The notes beneath the pieces were generated by a model that had not been told where the DNA came from, did not search any database, and was given only the letters and a program-made list of their open reading frames with translations. DNA of 59,881 nucleotides, filler included. It is 5 parts of 5 records of this genome, joined end to end, with 100 filler letters (N's around TTAATTAATTAA, not from the genome) between each part and the next. Parts side by side here need not be neighbours in the genome. Positions count along the whole stretch, not along the records: positions 8,991 to 16,596 come from SRR20825006_673; positions 16,697 to 24,421 come from SRR20825006_674; 3 more parts are not named here. One strand, written 5' to 3'. The translations under genes were made by a program, and so were the position numbers. Shown piece by piece: positions 10,570-21,043 of this stretch; the first letter of the stretch is position 1; each line of letters begins with the position of its first letter.

Positions 10570-12777
10570 TTATTCACGGGTAACTTTGTCGATGCCGTTA
10601 ATTTTTTTAAGGTTATCCATAAGTGCCTTGAGTATGGTTTTGTTTTTAACGACAACTGTGATTTTACCTGAGAAAATTCCATCGTCACTATCAAAACTTA
10701 TATGTTTCATGTCTACGTGCATTTCTCTGGAAATTTCTTTAGTGATAGTGTTTACAAGACCTAAATTATCTATACCAGTTAATTTTATAATTGCTCTAAA
10801 GTCTTCTTGTGTTGAGTCTATCCACTTAGCAGATATTATCCTATAGGCGTAATTACTTTGTAATTGTATTGCATTTGGACAGTTGTTTTTATGAACTTTT
10901 ATACCATCACTAACTGTAATAAACCCAAAAACAGAATCTCCAGGAATAGGATTACAACAATTTGCAATTTTGTAATCCATTTTCTCTTCTTCCTTTCCAA
11001 ATACTAATAGGTCATAATTAGTAGTGATTTCATCCTTATTAATATCTTGAGAAGAAGGTTGTCTTTTTATTTTATTTTTAAAGAATGATACTAAGGCATT
11101 ACTACGCGAAGCCGCAAATTCTTTTAAGCTATGATTATCTATACTACCATTTCCAACTCGGTAAAATAAATCTAAACTTGTTTTCAGTTTAAAAAATACA
11201 ACTAGCTCATTTATAGTTCTTTCATTTAAAGGAATTTTTTGAGCTCTAAGTTTTCTAGTTAAAACAGCTTTTCCTTCTTCGGCAAGTTCTTTTTTAGACT
11301 CTTTTAATGCGCTTTTAATTTTACTACGAGCTCTCGCTGTAGTGGCATAATCTAACCAGTTGGAGGTTGGTTTTGCACTATTAGAGGTTATAATATCTAC
11401 TTGGTCTCCACTTTTTAAGGTATGGCTTAATGGTACTAATTTACTATTTACTCGTGCGCCTCTTGTTTTTAAACCTACTTCTGTATGAATGCTGAAAGCA
11501 AAATCTAATGGAGTTGCACCTTTAGGGAGCGATTTTAAATCTCCTTTAGGCGTAAATACGAATATTTCTTTTGAGTATAGGTTAAGTTTGAACTCTTCAA
11601 CAAAATCAACAGCATTACTTTCTGTGTTTTCTAAAGCATCTTGTAATTTGTTAAGCCATTGCTCTAATTCTTGCTCATTTGTTTCACCTTGCTTGTATTT
11701 AAAGTGCGCAGCATAACCTTTTTCTGCAATCTCATTCATACGCTGGCTACGTATTTGAACTTCAACCCAACGGCCTTTAGGACCCATTACAGTAATGTGC
11801 AATGCTTCATATCCGGTAGATTTTGGTGAAGAGATCCAATCGCGAAGTCTAACAGGATTAGGTCTAAAATGGTCTGTAACTATTGAATAAATTTTCCAAG
11901 CTAAGAATTTCTCGTTGGCAGAATCACTTTTATAAATAATACGAACGGCAAACTTATCGTAAACCTCATCAAAGCTTACATTTTGTTTTTCCATCTTAAG
12001 CCTAATAGAATGTATAGATTTTGGGCGTCCTTTTATTTCGTAATTTAAACCTTCTGCATTAAGTGAATTTTCTATAATGTTTGAAAACTCTCTAATATAA
12101 TCATCCTGTTCTTCTTTAGTCTCTTTTATTTTATCGTGAATATCTTGATAAACATCTGGTTCAGTATATTTTAAACTTAAATCTTCTAATTCAGTTTTAA
12201 TTTTATATAAACCAATTCTATGTGCTAAAGGTGCATAAATGTATAAGGTTTCAGAGGCTATCTTAACTTGTTTGTCCGCTCGCATACTTTCCATAGTCTG
12301 CATATTATGTAAGCGGTCTGCTATTTTTATAATGATCACACGAACGTCATCATTAAGTGTTAACAGCATTTTTCTAAAATTTTCTGCTTGCAATGAAACG
12401 TCTGTTTCGCTTTCTAAGCTTGAGATTTTAGTTAGGCCATCTACAATACGAGCAACGGTTTCTCCAAACATTTTTTCGATGTCTTCTGAAGTATATGTAG
12501 TGTCTTCAACGACATCGTGAAGAAGAGCAGCAGCAATTGAGGTAGCATCCATACCAATCTCAGATGCAACTATTTTGGCAACGGCTATTGGATGAAAAAT
12601 ATAGGCTTCGCCAGATTTTCGGCGTTGTTCCTTATGGGCATCTACGGCAACTTCAAATGCCTGCCTAATAAGTTTCTTGTCTTCTTTGGAGAGCATTCTA
12701 TAGCTAATGCGAAGTAATTTTTTATACTCACTCGCAATTGCAATGTTCTCTTGTTCTATTTGTAAGTCTGTCATCAT
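10570..12777 (-). CDS. relA: RelA/SpoT (p)ppGpp synthetase/hydrolase
   Basis: HD hydrolase (LLHDVVEDT), synthetase (GYEALH, EVQIR), TGS (FTPKG), C-terminal ACT domain. Confidence 0.95.
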   Translation of the reverse strand: MMTDLQIEQENIAIASEYKKLLRISYRMLSKEDKKLIRQAFEVAVDAHKEQRRKSGEAYIFHPIAVAKIVASEIGMDATSIAAALLHDVVEDTTYTSEDIEKMFGETVARIVDGLTKISSLESETDVSLQAENFRKMLLTLNDDVRVIIIKIADRLHNMQTMESMRADKQVKIASETLYIYAPLAHRIGLYKIKTELEDLSLKYTEPDVYQDIHDKIKETKEEQDDYIREFSNIIENSLNAEGLNYEIKGRPKSIHSIRLKMEKQNVSFDEVYDKFAVRIIYKSDSANEKFLAWKIYSIVTDHFRPNPVRLRDWISSPKSTGYEALHITVMGPKGRWVEVQIRSQRMNEIAEKGYAAHFKYKQGETNEQELEQWLNKLQDALENTESNAVDFVEEFKLNLYSKEIFVFTPKGDLKSLPKGATPLDFAFSIHTEVGLKTRGARVNSKLVPLSHTLKSGDQVDIITSNSAKPTSNWLDYATTARARSKIKSALKESKKELAEEGKAVLTRKLRAQKIPLNERTINELVVFFKLKTSLDLFYRVGNGSIDNHSLKEFAASRSNALVSFFKNKIKRQPSSQDINKDEITTNYDLLVFGKEEEKMDYKIANCCNPIPGDSVFGFITVSDGIKVHKNNCPNAIQLQSNYAYRIISAKWIDSTQEDFRAIIKLTGIDNLGLVNTITKEISREMHVDMKHISFDSDDGIFSGKITVVVKNKTILKALMDNLKKINGIDKVTRE

Positions 12778-12809
12778 ATGCTATGACTAAGATAGCAAAC
12801 TATATAGAA

Positions 12810-14045
12810 TTATGTAGAAGAAATATTACGAAAACGCTGTAATAATGTTGGATGTGAATAATGCATAAAAACATAAGCAGGATGTGGTGTTAAATTGCTT
12901 AAACTATTTTTAGACAGTGTTTTTAATCCAGAAATTAATGGCGCTCCAGCATAGGTTTCTTTGGCAAAGTTATCTGCTTGATATTCAAAAGCTCTTGAAA
13001 TAAAATTCATAAGTAAGCTCGTGATTTCTGAGATTGGACTATATAGTATTCCAAATGCAATTAAGCCTATATGAAAACTTGGTGTAGCTACTCCTAATGC
13101 CTGTGATAATAATGGACTACCAATACACAAAGAAAGTAACCAAAGCGTAAGGCCTGTTAATGCTATGGAGGTGATTAAATTAATTATAATATGGTTTTTC
13201 TTATAATGCCCAACCTCATGTGCAAGAACTGCTACTATTTCTTCTTCTTCTAAATCATTTATTAAGGTATCGTACAGTGTAATGCGTTTTTCACGACCAA
13301 ATCCTGAGAAGTAGGCATTTGCTTTTGTACTTCTTTTAGAACCATCTATTACAAATATGTTATCTAACTTAAACCCAACTTTACTTGCATATGCTTCAAT
13401 TTTTTGTCTTAGTGAACCATCTTCTAAAGGTGTTTGTTTGTTAAATAATGGGACTATGAGTTTTGCATAAAACATATTCATCACAACAGAAAATACAGCG
13501 ATAACTGCCCAAGCATATAACCAGAATGAAGATCCTGCCCATTGGTAAAACCAGATTATTAGCGATAAAAGTGCGCCACCTACTATTATGAGCATAAACC
13601 AGCCCTTAATTTTGTCAAGCACAAAGGTTTTTTGCGTTGTTTTATTAAAACCATATTTTTCTTCGATAACAAATGTGCTGTAATATGAAAATGGTGTAGT
13701 TAGTATGTCGCTACCCAACATAATAATACCAAAAAAGATAAGCGCTATTAAAATGGGATGATCTGTATATTGTCTTGCTAACTCATCAACAAAAGCAAAG
13801 CCATCTAGGAAGAAAAAAGCTAAAAGCAATACTAAGGAAAATACACTGGAGACCATACTAAATTTAAAACGCTCTTTTTTATAAGCCTGAGATTTTAAAT
13901 ATTCCTCTGTGTCGTAAACATCTTGTAATGGTTCCGGAAGTTTATCACCATAGTGTTTAGCATTTAAAACATCTAAAGTTGTATCGATAACAAACTCTAT
14001 AATGATAATTGCAATTAGTATAAAAAATAGGGTAGTAGGAGTCAT
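12810..14045 (-). CDS. M48 (Ste24-like) membrane zinc metallopeptidase
   Basis: AHEVGH (HExxH), NAYFSG, EYQADNFA, HYSHP; multiple TM helices. Confidence 0.92.
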   Translation of the reverse strand: MTPTTLFFILIAIIIIEFVIDTTLDVLNAKHYGDKLPEPLQDVYDTEEYLKSQAYKKERFKFSMVSSVFSLVLLLAFFFLDGFAFVDELARQYTDHPILIALIFFGIIMLGSDILTTPFSYYSTFVIEEKYGFNKTTQKTFVLDKIKGWFMLIIVGGALLSLIIWFYQWAGSSFWLYAWAVIAVFSVVMNMFYAKLIVPLFNKQTPLEDGSLRQKIEAYASKVGFKLDNIFVIDGSKRSTKANAYFSGFGREKRITLYDTLINDLEEEEIVAVLAHEVGHYKKNHIIINLITSIALTGLTLWLLSLCIGSPLLSQALGVATPSFHIGLIAFGILYSPISEITSLLMNFISRAFEYQADNFAKETYAGAPLISGLKTLSKNSLSNLTPHPAYVFMHYSHPTLLQRFRNISST

Positions 14046-14056
14046 ATAGTTTTCTC

Positions 14057-14851
14057 TTATTTAAACTTGCGTTGTCGTTTGGCTTCATAAATTAAAATTC
14101 CTGCAGCTACTGAAACATTCATTGAGTCTATCTCACCTTGCATTGGGATAATAATATTTTGGGTTGCATTTTTACGCCATTCGTCACTTAATCCTGTTGC
14201 TTCTGTACCAACTACAATAGCAGTGGCTGTTGTAAAATCTTGTAAATGGTAATGTTCTGAAGCTTGTAAGGCTGCACAGTAAATATTTACTTTTTGCTTT
14301 TTTAAAAATGAGATTATTTCAGTTGTTGTGCCTACGGCCACTTGATTTGTGAAAACGCAACCAACACTACTTCTTATGATATTAGGATTGTATAAATCTG
14401 TCTTAGGGTTAGCAATTATTACAGCATCTACATTTGCAGCATCTGCAGTTCTTAGTAATGCGCCAATATTACCAGGTTTTTCAGGAGCTTCAGCTATAAG
14501 AATTAAAGGTGTTTCAGATGTTTTAATATCAACTAATTGATGTGCTTTTGTTTTAACAATTGTAATAACACCTTCTGTACTGCCTCTATATGCAACCTTT
14601 TGATAAACTTCCAAAGACAATTCAGTATAACTTATAGGCGCTTTAATTAAATTGTTTAAAGTGTCTTCAGACACTAATTCTGGGCAGAAGAAAACTTCAG
14701 ATATGTTATAGCCTCCTTTAAGGGCAAGCCTAAGCTCTCTTAAACCTTCTACTACAAAAAGACCTTCCTTACGACGGTTACGCGATTTTTCTTGTAACTG
14801 AAGTAATTTTTTTAAGGTAGGATTACTTGTGCTGGAAATAAATTTATTCAT
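14057..14851 (-). CDS. TrmH/SpoU-family RNA 2'-O-methyltransferase
   Basis: EKPGNIGALLRTADA, GTEATGL, IPMQGEIDSMNVSVAAGI. Confidence 0.92.
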   Translation of the reverse strand: MNKFISSTSNPTLKKLLQLQEKSRNRRKEGLFVVEGLRELRLALKGGYNISEVFFCPELVSEDTLNNLIKAPISYTELSLEVYQKVAYRGSTEGVITIVKTKAHQLVDIKTSETPLILIAEAPEKPGNIGALLRTADAANVDAVIIANPKTDLYNPNIIRSSVGCVFTNQVAVGTTTEIISFLKKQKVNIYCAALQASEHYHLQDFTTATAIVVGTEATGLSDEWRKNATQNIIIPMQGEIDSMNVSVAAGILIYEAKRQRKFK

Positions 14852-14904
14852 CGTGCTGCAAAATTACGTGTATTCCTCGTATTTTTAGACAAAGTACAGG
14901 TATT

Positions 14905-15762
14905 ATGAAGACACTATTTTATTTATGTACTGCAGCTTGTTGTTTATTAAGTTGTAAAAACAATGAAAACCAAAAGGAATCTGATCAAGTAGATCATTCT
15001 AAAATGAATCATGATGCAATGTCACAAAGTGATCATCAACATATGGATCATTCCGACCATAAGATGAATCATCCCAAATTACCATATCCTAAACCTGTTA
15101 AGCATATATTTAATGCTCACGGTGGCATTACGACTTGGGATGCCATGAATAACTTATGTTTTCAAATTGATGGTAAGAATGGTACAGAAACTCATACTAC
15201 AGATTTAAAAAGTAGAAAGGCAAAGATACAAGCAGAACAGTTTGCTCTTGGTTATGATGGGAATGAGTATTGGCTATCTCAAGAAGACTCAGTTTTTGAT
15301 TCTGGCAGAGTGAAGTTTTATCATAATCTTATGTTCTATTTTTATGCTATGCCATTTGTTTTAGGAGATAATGGAATCTCTTATACAGATGTTCCTGATA
15401 TTGAAATACAAGGTAAAACCTATAAGGGAATTAAGACTTTCTTTGCAATGGGTGTTGGTTTGTCTGAGAAAGATAATTACATAATGTATCTTGATAAAGT
15501 AACTAGCAGGTTAGAGTGGCTTGCCTATACCGTTACTTATGGAGAAGATAAACTCTCCAACGATTATAGTTATATAAAATATGACAAATGGCAGGATTTA
15601 AATGGGTTGCGCTTACCAAAAACACTTATTTGGTATAGTACTAAAGAAGGTAAGCCTTTTGAAGAACGAAAAGAACTTACATTTAAGAATGTTACTATTT
15701 CTGAGACTGTATTAAATGAACGTATTTTTATAGCGCCAAAAAACGCAGAAACTATAAATTAA
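14905..15762 (+). CDS. Lipoprotein, DUF6503-like, with His/Met-rich N-terminal segment
   Basis: Lipobox LLSC; DHSKMNHD...DHQHMDHSDHKMNH; AHGG..W and FYFYAMPFVLGD motifs. Confidence 0.65.
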   Translation: MKTLFYLCTAACCLLSCKNNENQKESDQVDHSKMNHDAMSQSDHQHMDHSDHKMNHPKLPYPKPVKHIFNAHGGITTWDAMNNLCFQIDGKNGTETHTTDLKSRKAKIQAEQFALGYDGNEYWLSQEDSVFDSGRVKFYHNLMFYFYAMPFVLGDNGISYTDVPDIEIQGKTYKGIKTFFAMGVGLSEKDNYIMYLDKVTSRLEWLAYTVTYGEDKLSNDYSYIKYDKWQDLNGLRLPKTLIWYSTKEGKPFEERKELTFKNVTISETVLNERIFIAPKNAETIN

Positions 15763-15858
15763 ACTTAACCTGAGTTAAATAATGACCACTTATCTTTCTA
15801 TAAATCTTAACGATTGTTAGAGAGGTAATTTCTTCCATAATATCGTATTTTTAATAAA

Positions 15859-16596
15859 ATGAAAAAGGATTTAAAAAACGGTATTGTTTTTACGCATCAT
15901 AGCCCAGAAGAGCAAACTCCTTTTGAGCGTCTTTTTGATGTGTTTCAAGAGCTTATCACACATACCTCTGGAGATTTTGATGAAGCTATGGATTGGCTGA
16001 AGCAACTAGATGACGAGTATGAGTTAACTACAGAAGATTATACCTTAGAAGATTTTGTTGAAGACCTTAAAAAGAAAGGCTACATACGAGAAGAGGTAAA
16101 GCCAGACAAAAAAGGAGGAATGGCTATTACATCAAAAACAGAACGCCTTTTACGAAAACGAGCATTAGAGCAAATTTTTGGAAAAATGCGTCGTGCCGGT
16201 CAAGGCAATCATCGTACAAAGCATAGTGGCATTGGAGATGAGCAAACGGGTGAATTTAGGAATTATCAATTTGGAGATGCTTTAGAGCGCGTATCGGTAA
16301 CAGAAAGCTTACGTAATGCACAAATTAATCATGGAATTGGCGATTTTCATTTAACAGAAAATGATCTTGTTGTAGAAGATACTACGTACAAAGCACAAAT
16401 GAGCACTGTGTTAATGATAGATATTTCTCACTCAATGATATTATATGGCGAAGACCGTATTACACCTGCTAAAAAAGTAGCTATGGCTTTAGCAGAATTA
16501 ATTACAACACGATACCCAAAAGATACCTTAGATATTTTAGTGTTCGGTAATGATGCTTGGCCTATTAAAATTGAAGATTTACCATATTTAAATGTA
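15859..16596 (+). CDS. vWA-domain protein (3' partial)
   Basis: MIDAS DISHS motif, DRITPAKKVAMAL. Confidence 0.85.
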
Positions 16597-16696
16597 NNNN
16601 NNNNNNNNNNNNNNNNNNNNNNNNNNNNNNNNNNNNNNNNTTAATTAATTAANNNNNNNNNNNNNNNNNNNNNNNNNNNNNNNNNNNNNNNNNNNN
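16597..16696. other. Artificial contig linker
   Basis: 44 N + TTAATTAATTAA + 44 N. Confidence 0.98.
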
Positions 16697-16766
16697 CTTG
16701 TATTTTTACTCGGACATTAATGTTTTGAATTATTAAATATGAATTATTTATTATTAATTTCACAGT

Positions 16767-17669
16767 ATGAAATGGAGTCATTCACTTATAGATTATCAAA
16801 ATTATTTAAGGATAGAAAGAGGGCTCTCCAAAAATTCTGTAGAGAACTATTGTTTAGATATTAAAAAATTAATTCGCTATTTAGAGCTTCACCAAATTGA
16901 AGTTTCTCCTATTAAAATTTCTTCACAAACACTACAAGATTTTATTTATCAAACGGCTAAGACAATAAATCCACGTTCTCAAGCACGACTCATATCTGGA
17001 TTAAAAAGCTTTTTTAATTATTTAATTTTTGAAGATTACAGACCAGACAACCCAATGGAACTGATAGAATCTCCAAAAACTGGTCGTAAACTTCCAGACA
17101 CGTTAGCAATTGAAGAAATAGATCAAATTATTGCAACCTTGGATTTAAGCACTCCAGAAGGCGAACGAAATCGGACCATGCTTGAAACGCTTTATAGTTG
17201 CGGACTTCGAGTTTCTGAACTTGTAAATCTCAAAATTTCTGATTTGTTTTTTGAAGAAGGTTTTATAAAAGTAAGCGGAAAAGGAGATAAGCAACGTTTT
17301 GTACCTGTAGCTCCTTCAACCAGTAAATATATTACTATTTACATTTCTGAAATTAGGCCTCATGTAAATGTTCAAAAAAATTATGAAGATTTTGTTTTCC
17401 TCAATAGAAGAGGCAAAAATCTTACACGAGCTATGGTATTTACTGTTATTAAAAAGGCTACTGAAAAAGCAGGAATTAAAAAAAATATTAGTCCGCATAC
17501 CTTCCGGCATTCTTTTGCCACCCATCTCTTACAAGGTGGTGCCGATTTACGTGCTATTCAACAAATGCTAGGTCATGAAAGTATAACAACTACAGAAGTA
17601 TATATGCATTTGGACAGGAATGACCTTGCTAAGACTATTAAAAAACACCATCCGAGAAACGATTTTTAA
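16767..17669 (+). CDS. xerD: Chromosomal tyrosine recombinase XerD
   Basis: LYSCGLRVSEL, GKGDKQR, SPHTFRHSFATHLL, LGHESITTTEVY; SAM-like N domain (ERGLSKNS). Confidence 0.88.
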   Translation: MKWSHSLIDYQNYLRIERGLSKNSVENYCLDIKKLIRYLELHQIEVSPIKISSQTLQDFIYQTAKTINPRSQARLISGLKSFFNYLIFEDYRPDNPMELIESPKTGRKLPDTLAIEEIDQIIATLDLSTPEGERNRTMLETLYSCGLRVSELVNLKISDLFFEEGFIKVSGKGDKQRFVPVAPSTSKYITIYISEIRPHVNVQKNYEDFVFLNRRGKNLTRAMVFTVIKKATEKAGIKKNISPHTFRHSFATHLLQGGADLRAIQQMLGHESITTTEVYMHLDRNDLAKTIKKHHPRNDF

Positions 17670-17840
17670 CTTTTTGTTATTGTAAATTCTGTAATATTAT
17701 TGAGAACTTTATGTGTTGTTTGAAACAAATGGAGTTTATCTCAACCCAAAGCCCTTTGATAAACTTAGGTACGCATAGAAAATTTAAGCTTTAATAAGGG
17801 ATTAGAAGTAGTTAGTATATAAAAAACTAAAAAATAAGCC

Positions 17841-18788
17841 ATGAAATTTTACACATTAAAAAATGACCTTAATCTTCCTGCTATCGGACTTGGAACATGG
17901 AAGTCGGAACCTGGAAAAGTAGGCAATGCTGTTATAGAAGCTATTAAAGCTGGTTATCGCCATATAGATTGTGCTGCAGTTTATGGAAATGAAGCAGAAG
18001 TTGGGGAGGCACTTAAAACTGCATTTGCCCAAGGCTTGGTTGAAAGAGAAGATCTATGGATTACCTCTAAACTATGGAATAATGCACATGAAAGTGATAA
18101 AGTCCTTCCTGCATTACAAAAAACCTTGGCCGATTTACAGTTAAAGTATCTCGACTTATACCTTATACATTGGCCAGTTGCTTTTAAAGCTGATGTTGGT
18201 TTTGCTAGCAAAGCAGATGAGTTTTTAAGTCCTGAAGAAGCTCCTATAATAAATACTTGGAAAAAGATGGAAGAAGCCTACAACAAAGGGATTGTAAAAA
18301 GTATTGGAGTTTCAAATTTCAGCTTAAAAAAATTAAAAGATCTTTTAGTAGATGCTACTCATCCCCCAGAAGTAAACCAAGTAGAATTACACCCTTTATT
18401 ACAACAAAAAGAGCTTTTAGAGTTTTGTGATACTAATTCCATTATCTTAACTGGTTATTCTCCGTTAGGCTCTGGAGACCGATCTCAAGACATGAAAAAG
18501 GAAGACGAACCTAGCTTGTTGGAAAATAAAGTTATTACAGAAATAGCTAAAAAACATAATTGCTCTCCTGCACAAGTATTATTAGCATGGCATCTTAGTT
18601 GTGGAACAGCTGTGATTCCTAAATCGACTAACCCAAAAAGAATAAAAGAAAATTTAGAAAGCTATAATGTTTCTTTAACCGATGAAGACCTTTTAAAAAT
18701 TAAATCTTTAGATAAAGGTTACCGTTATGTAGATGCTAAGTTTTTTGAAGTTCCTGGCGGTCCTTATAAAAATATCTATGATGAATAA
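17841..18788 (+). CDS. Aldo/keto reductase
   Basis: GLGTW, GYRHIDCAAVYGNE, LYLIHWP, IGVSNF, IPKS. Confidence 0.95.
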   Translation: MKFYTLKNDLNLPAIGLGTWKSEPGKVGNAVIEAIKAGYRHIDCAAVYGNEAEVGEALKTAFAQGLVEREDLWITSKLWNNAHESDKVLPALQKTLADLQLKYLDLYLIHWPVAFKADVGFASKADEFLSPEEAPIINTWKKMEEAYNKGIVKSIGVSNFSLKKLKDLLVDATHPPEVNQVELHPLLQQKELLEFCDTNSIILTGYSPLGSGDRSQDMKKEDEPSLLENKVITEIAKKHNCSPAQVLLAWHLSCGTAVIPKSTNPKRIKENLESYNVSLTDEDLLKIKSLDKGYRYVDAKFFEVPGGPYKNIYDE

Positions 18789-18789
18789 A

Positions 18790-18945
18790 CTTCGACAAGC
18801 TCAGTTTGACAGACTTCTTTGACAAGTTCAGTTCGACAAGTTTTACAAGCTTAATTTGACAGGCTCTATTTGACAAGTTCCTTCGACAAGCTTTGTTTGA
18901 TAGACTCCTTTGTCAAGACTAATTTTATAAGCTTAGTTTTGACTT
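18790..18945. repeat. Degenerate tandem REP-like repeat cluster (core TT(C/T)GACAAG, about 12 units)
   Basis: CTTCGACAAGCTCAGTTTGACAG followed by many degenerate copies at ~10-15 bp spacing, between convergent genes. Confidence 0.75.
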
Positions 18946-18978
18946 CTACAAATTATTTTTTAGACAGCCACTTATAAT

Positions 18979-20310
18979 TTATGACATTTCTATATCCTTA
19001 GGTTTATTGTCTAGCTCACGCAACAATGCTGCACGTTGTTTTTTGTAAGGTCTAATAATTAAACGAGCTTCTCTATCAAAACGGATGTAATTATACACCC
19101 AATTTGTAAAAACTACTACTCTATTTCTAAAACCTATCAGAAAAAATAAATGAACAAACATCCAAACAAACCAAGCAAACATTCCTTGGAACTTATATTT
19201 TGGCATGTCTACCACTGCTTTATTCCTACCAACAGTTGCCATGGTTCCTTTATCTTTGTAGGTAAAAGGCTTCATAGATTTATTTGCTTCTATAAAATTT
19301 ACTAGATTCTCTCCTAGATGTTTTCCTTGCTGAATTGCTACTTGTGCTACCATAGGGTGTCCATGCGGGTAGGCTTCAGAAGTCATACATGCCACATCTC
19401 CAATAGCAAAAATAGTATCGTACCCTTCCACTTTATTAAAATTATTTACTTTAAACCGATTGCTAAATGTTATACAATCTTTAGCATCTATTCCTTTAAC
19501 AGTTTCCCCTTTAACACCAGCTGCCCATATAAGGGTTGCGGTATTAAAATTTAAATCGGTATTTGTTGTTACAAGGTCTCCATCATATCCAGTAACGCGT
19601 GTATTTTTCCAAATATTAACTCCTAATTCTTCTAAATAATCTTCAGCTTTTTTAGAAGCTTGACTACTCATTCCTTTTAGAATCATATCGCCAGATTGAA
19701 CAATATTAATCTGCGCCCTTCTCGTGTCGAGGTCTGGATAATCTTTTGGCAGAATTCCTCTTTTTATTTCGGCTAAAGCCCCTGCTAGTTCAACTCCCGT
19801 AGGACCAGCGCCCACTATAACAAAATTCATTAAAGCATCTTGTCGGTCTATGCTATCTGTAAGTAAAGCCTCTTCAAAATTTTCAAGAATTAAACTTCTT
19901 AGATTTAATGCTTCAGGAACTGTTTTCATAATCATACTATTGGCTTCAATCTCTTTATTTCCGAAGAAATTTGTAGAAGAACCCGTTGCCAATACCAAAT
20001 AATTATATTTAAGCGGACCAATATCGGTATGAATTGTATTTTCTGCTGCGTCTACAGTTTCAACATTTGCCAATCGGAAATAAAAATTAGGGTATTTAGA
20101 AAGAATCTTCCGAATTGGATACGCTATAGAATCTGGCTCTAAACCGCCAGTAGAGACTTGATATAATAAAGGTTGAAACGTATGGTAATTATGTTTGTCT
20201 AGAAGTACTACCTGCATTTCCTGCTTTGCTAGTTTTTTTGCTAAAGCAACACCTCCAAAACCTCCGCCAATAATAACTACTCTTGGGTAGCTAGTTTGTG
20301 GTATATTCAT
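18979..20310 (-). CDS. ndh: Type II NADH dehydrogenase (likely start ATG 20310)
   Basis: IIGGGFGG, FQPLLYQV, VGAGPTGVELAG, AIGDVA, AQVAIQQG. Confidence 0.92.
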   Translation of the reverse strand: MNIPQTSYPRVVIIGGGFGGVALAKKLAKQEMQVVLLDKHNYHTFQPLLYQVSTGGLEPDSIAYPIRKILSKYPNFYFRLANVETVDAAENTIHTDIGPLKYNYLVLATGSSTNFFGNKEIEANSMIMKTVPEALNLRSLILENFEEALLTDSIDRQDALMNFVIVGAGPTGVELAGALAEIKRGILPKDYPDLDTRRAQINIVQSGDMILKGMSSQASKKAEDYLEELGVNIWKNTRVTGYDGDLVTTNTDLNFNTATLIWAAGVKGETVKGIDAKDCITFSNRFKVNNFNKVEGYDTIFAIGDVACMTSEAYPHGHPMVAQVAIQQGKHLGENLVNFIEANKSMKPFTYKDKGTMATVGRNKAVVDMPKYKFQGMFAWFVWMFVHLFFLIGFRNRVVVFTNWVYNYIRFDREARLIIRPYKKQRAALLRELDNKPKDIEMS

Positions 20311-20548
20311 ATACAATTGTTTATAGAACACAATCAAACTTTCTTGATTTCCTACAAAATGCATGAAATTATCTTACATTTCAGTTGAAAATTAAAAAGG
20401 TTGAATGAGTTGATTCTCAAATTTAAAGTTATTCTTTGAGAAAAATGAATCTGTTAGCGCTTTTTAAAAGCGAATATTAATCTTTCTAAGATAAACTTGT
20501 AACAAACTAGTATCTTTAGCTACTAATAATACACTAACTAATCCCTTT

Positions 20549-21043
20549 GTGACGAAAGAGCTTGAACATAAATTTATTATTGAACTTGAGGAAAATCAGA
20601 ATATCGTACATAAAATATGTAAGATTTATACTGATAATACTGATGCTCACAACGATTTATTTCAGGAGATAACCATACAGTTATGGAAGGCATATCCAAA
20701 ATTTAGAGGCGATGCTAAGTTTAGCACATGGATGTACAGAATTGCACTTAACACAGCTATTACGCTTTACCGAAAATCAAAACGGCAAATCCGAACACAA
20801 GATTTTGACTCGGTATTATATAAAGTAAAAGCCACAACCTATGATGATACAGAAGAACAACAGCTTAAATTAATGTACGACGCTATTAAGCAATTAAACG
20901 ACATTGAAAAAGCATTAGTGTTTTTGTATTTAGAAGATAAAAATTACAAAGAAATATCAGACACCATAGGTATTTCTGAAGTCAATGCAAGAGTGAAGAT
21001 GAATAGAGTTAAAACAAAACTTAAAAATATTTTAAACCCCTAA
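20549..21043 (+). CDS. ECF sigma-70 factor
   Basis: DLFQEITIQLW, FSTWMYRIALN, region 4 YKEISDTIGIS..NARVKMNR. Confidence 0.92.
   Translation: MTKELEHKFIIELEENQNIVHKICKIYTDNTDAHNDLFQEITIQLWKAYPKFRGDAKFSTWMYRIALNTAITLYRKSKRQIRTQDFDSVLYKVKATTYDDTEEQQLKLMYDAIKQLNDIEKALVFLYLEDKNYKEISDTIGISEVNARVKMNRVKTKLKNILNP

Noticed and set aside
16767-17669. Tyrosine recombinase as the integrase of the island
   Set aside because: Size and motifs fit housekeeping XerD, and it lies on a different contig among core genes.
18790-18945. Possible CRISPR array
   Set aside because: Units are short, degenerate and irregular, with no unique ~30-bp spacers and no cas genes in the window.
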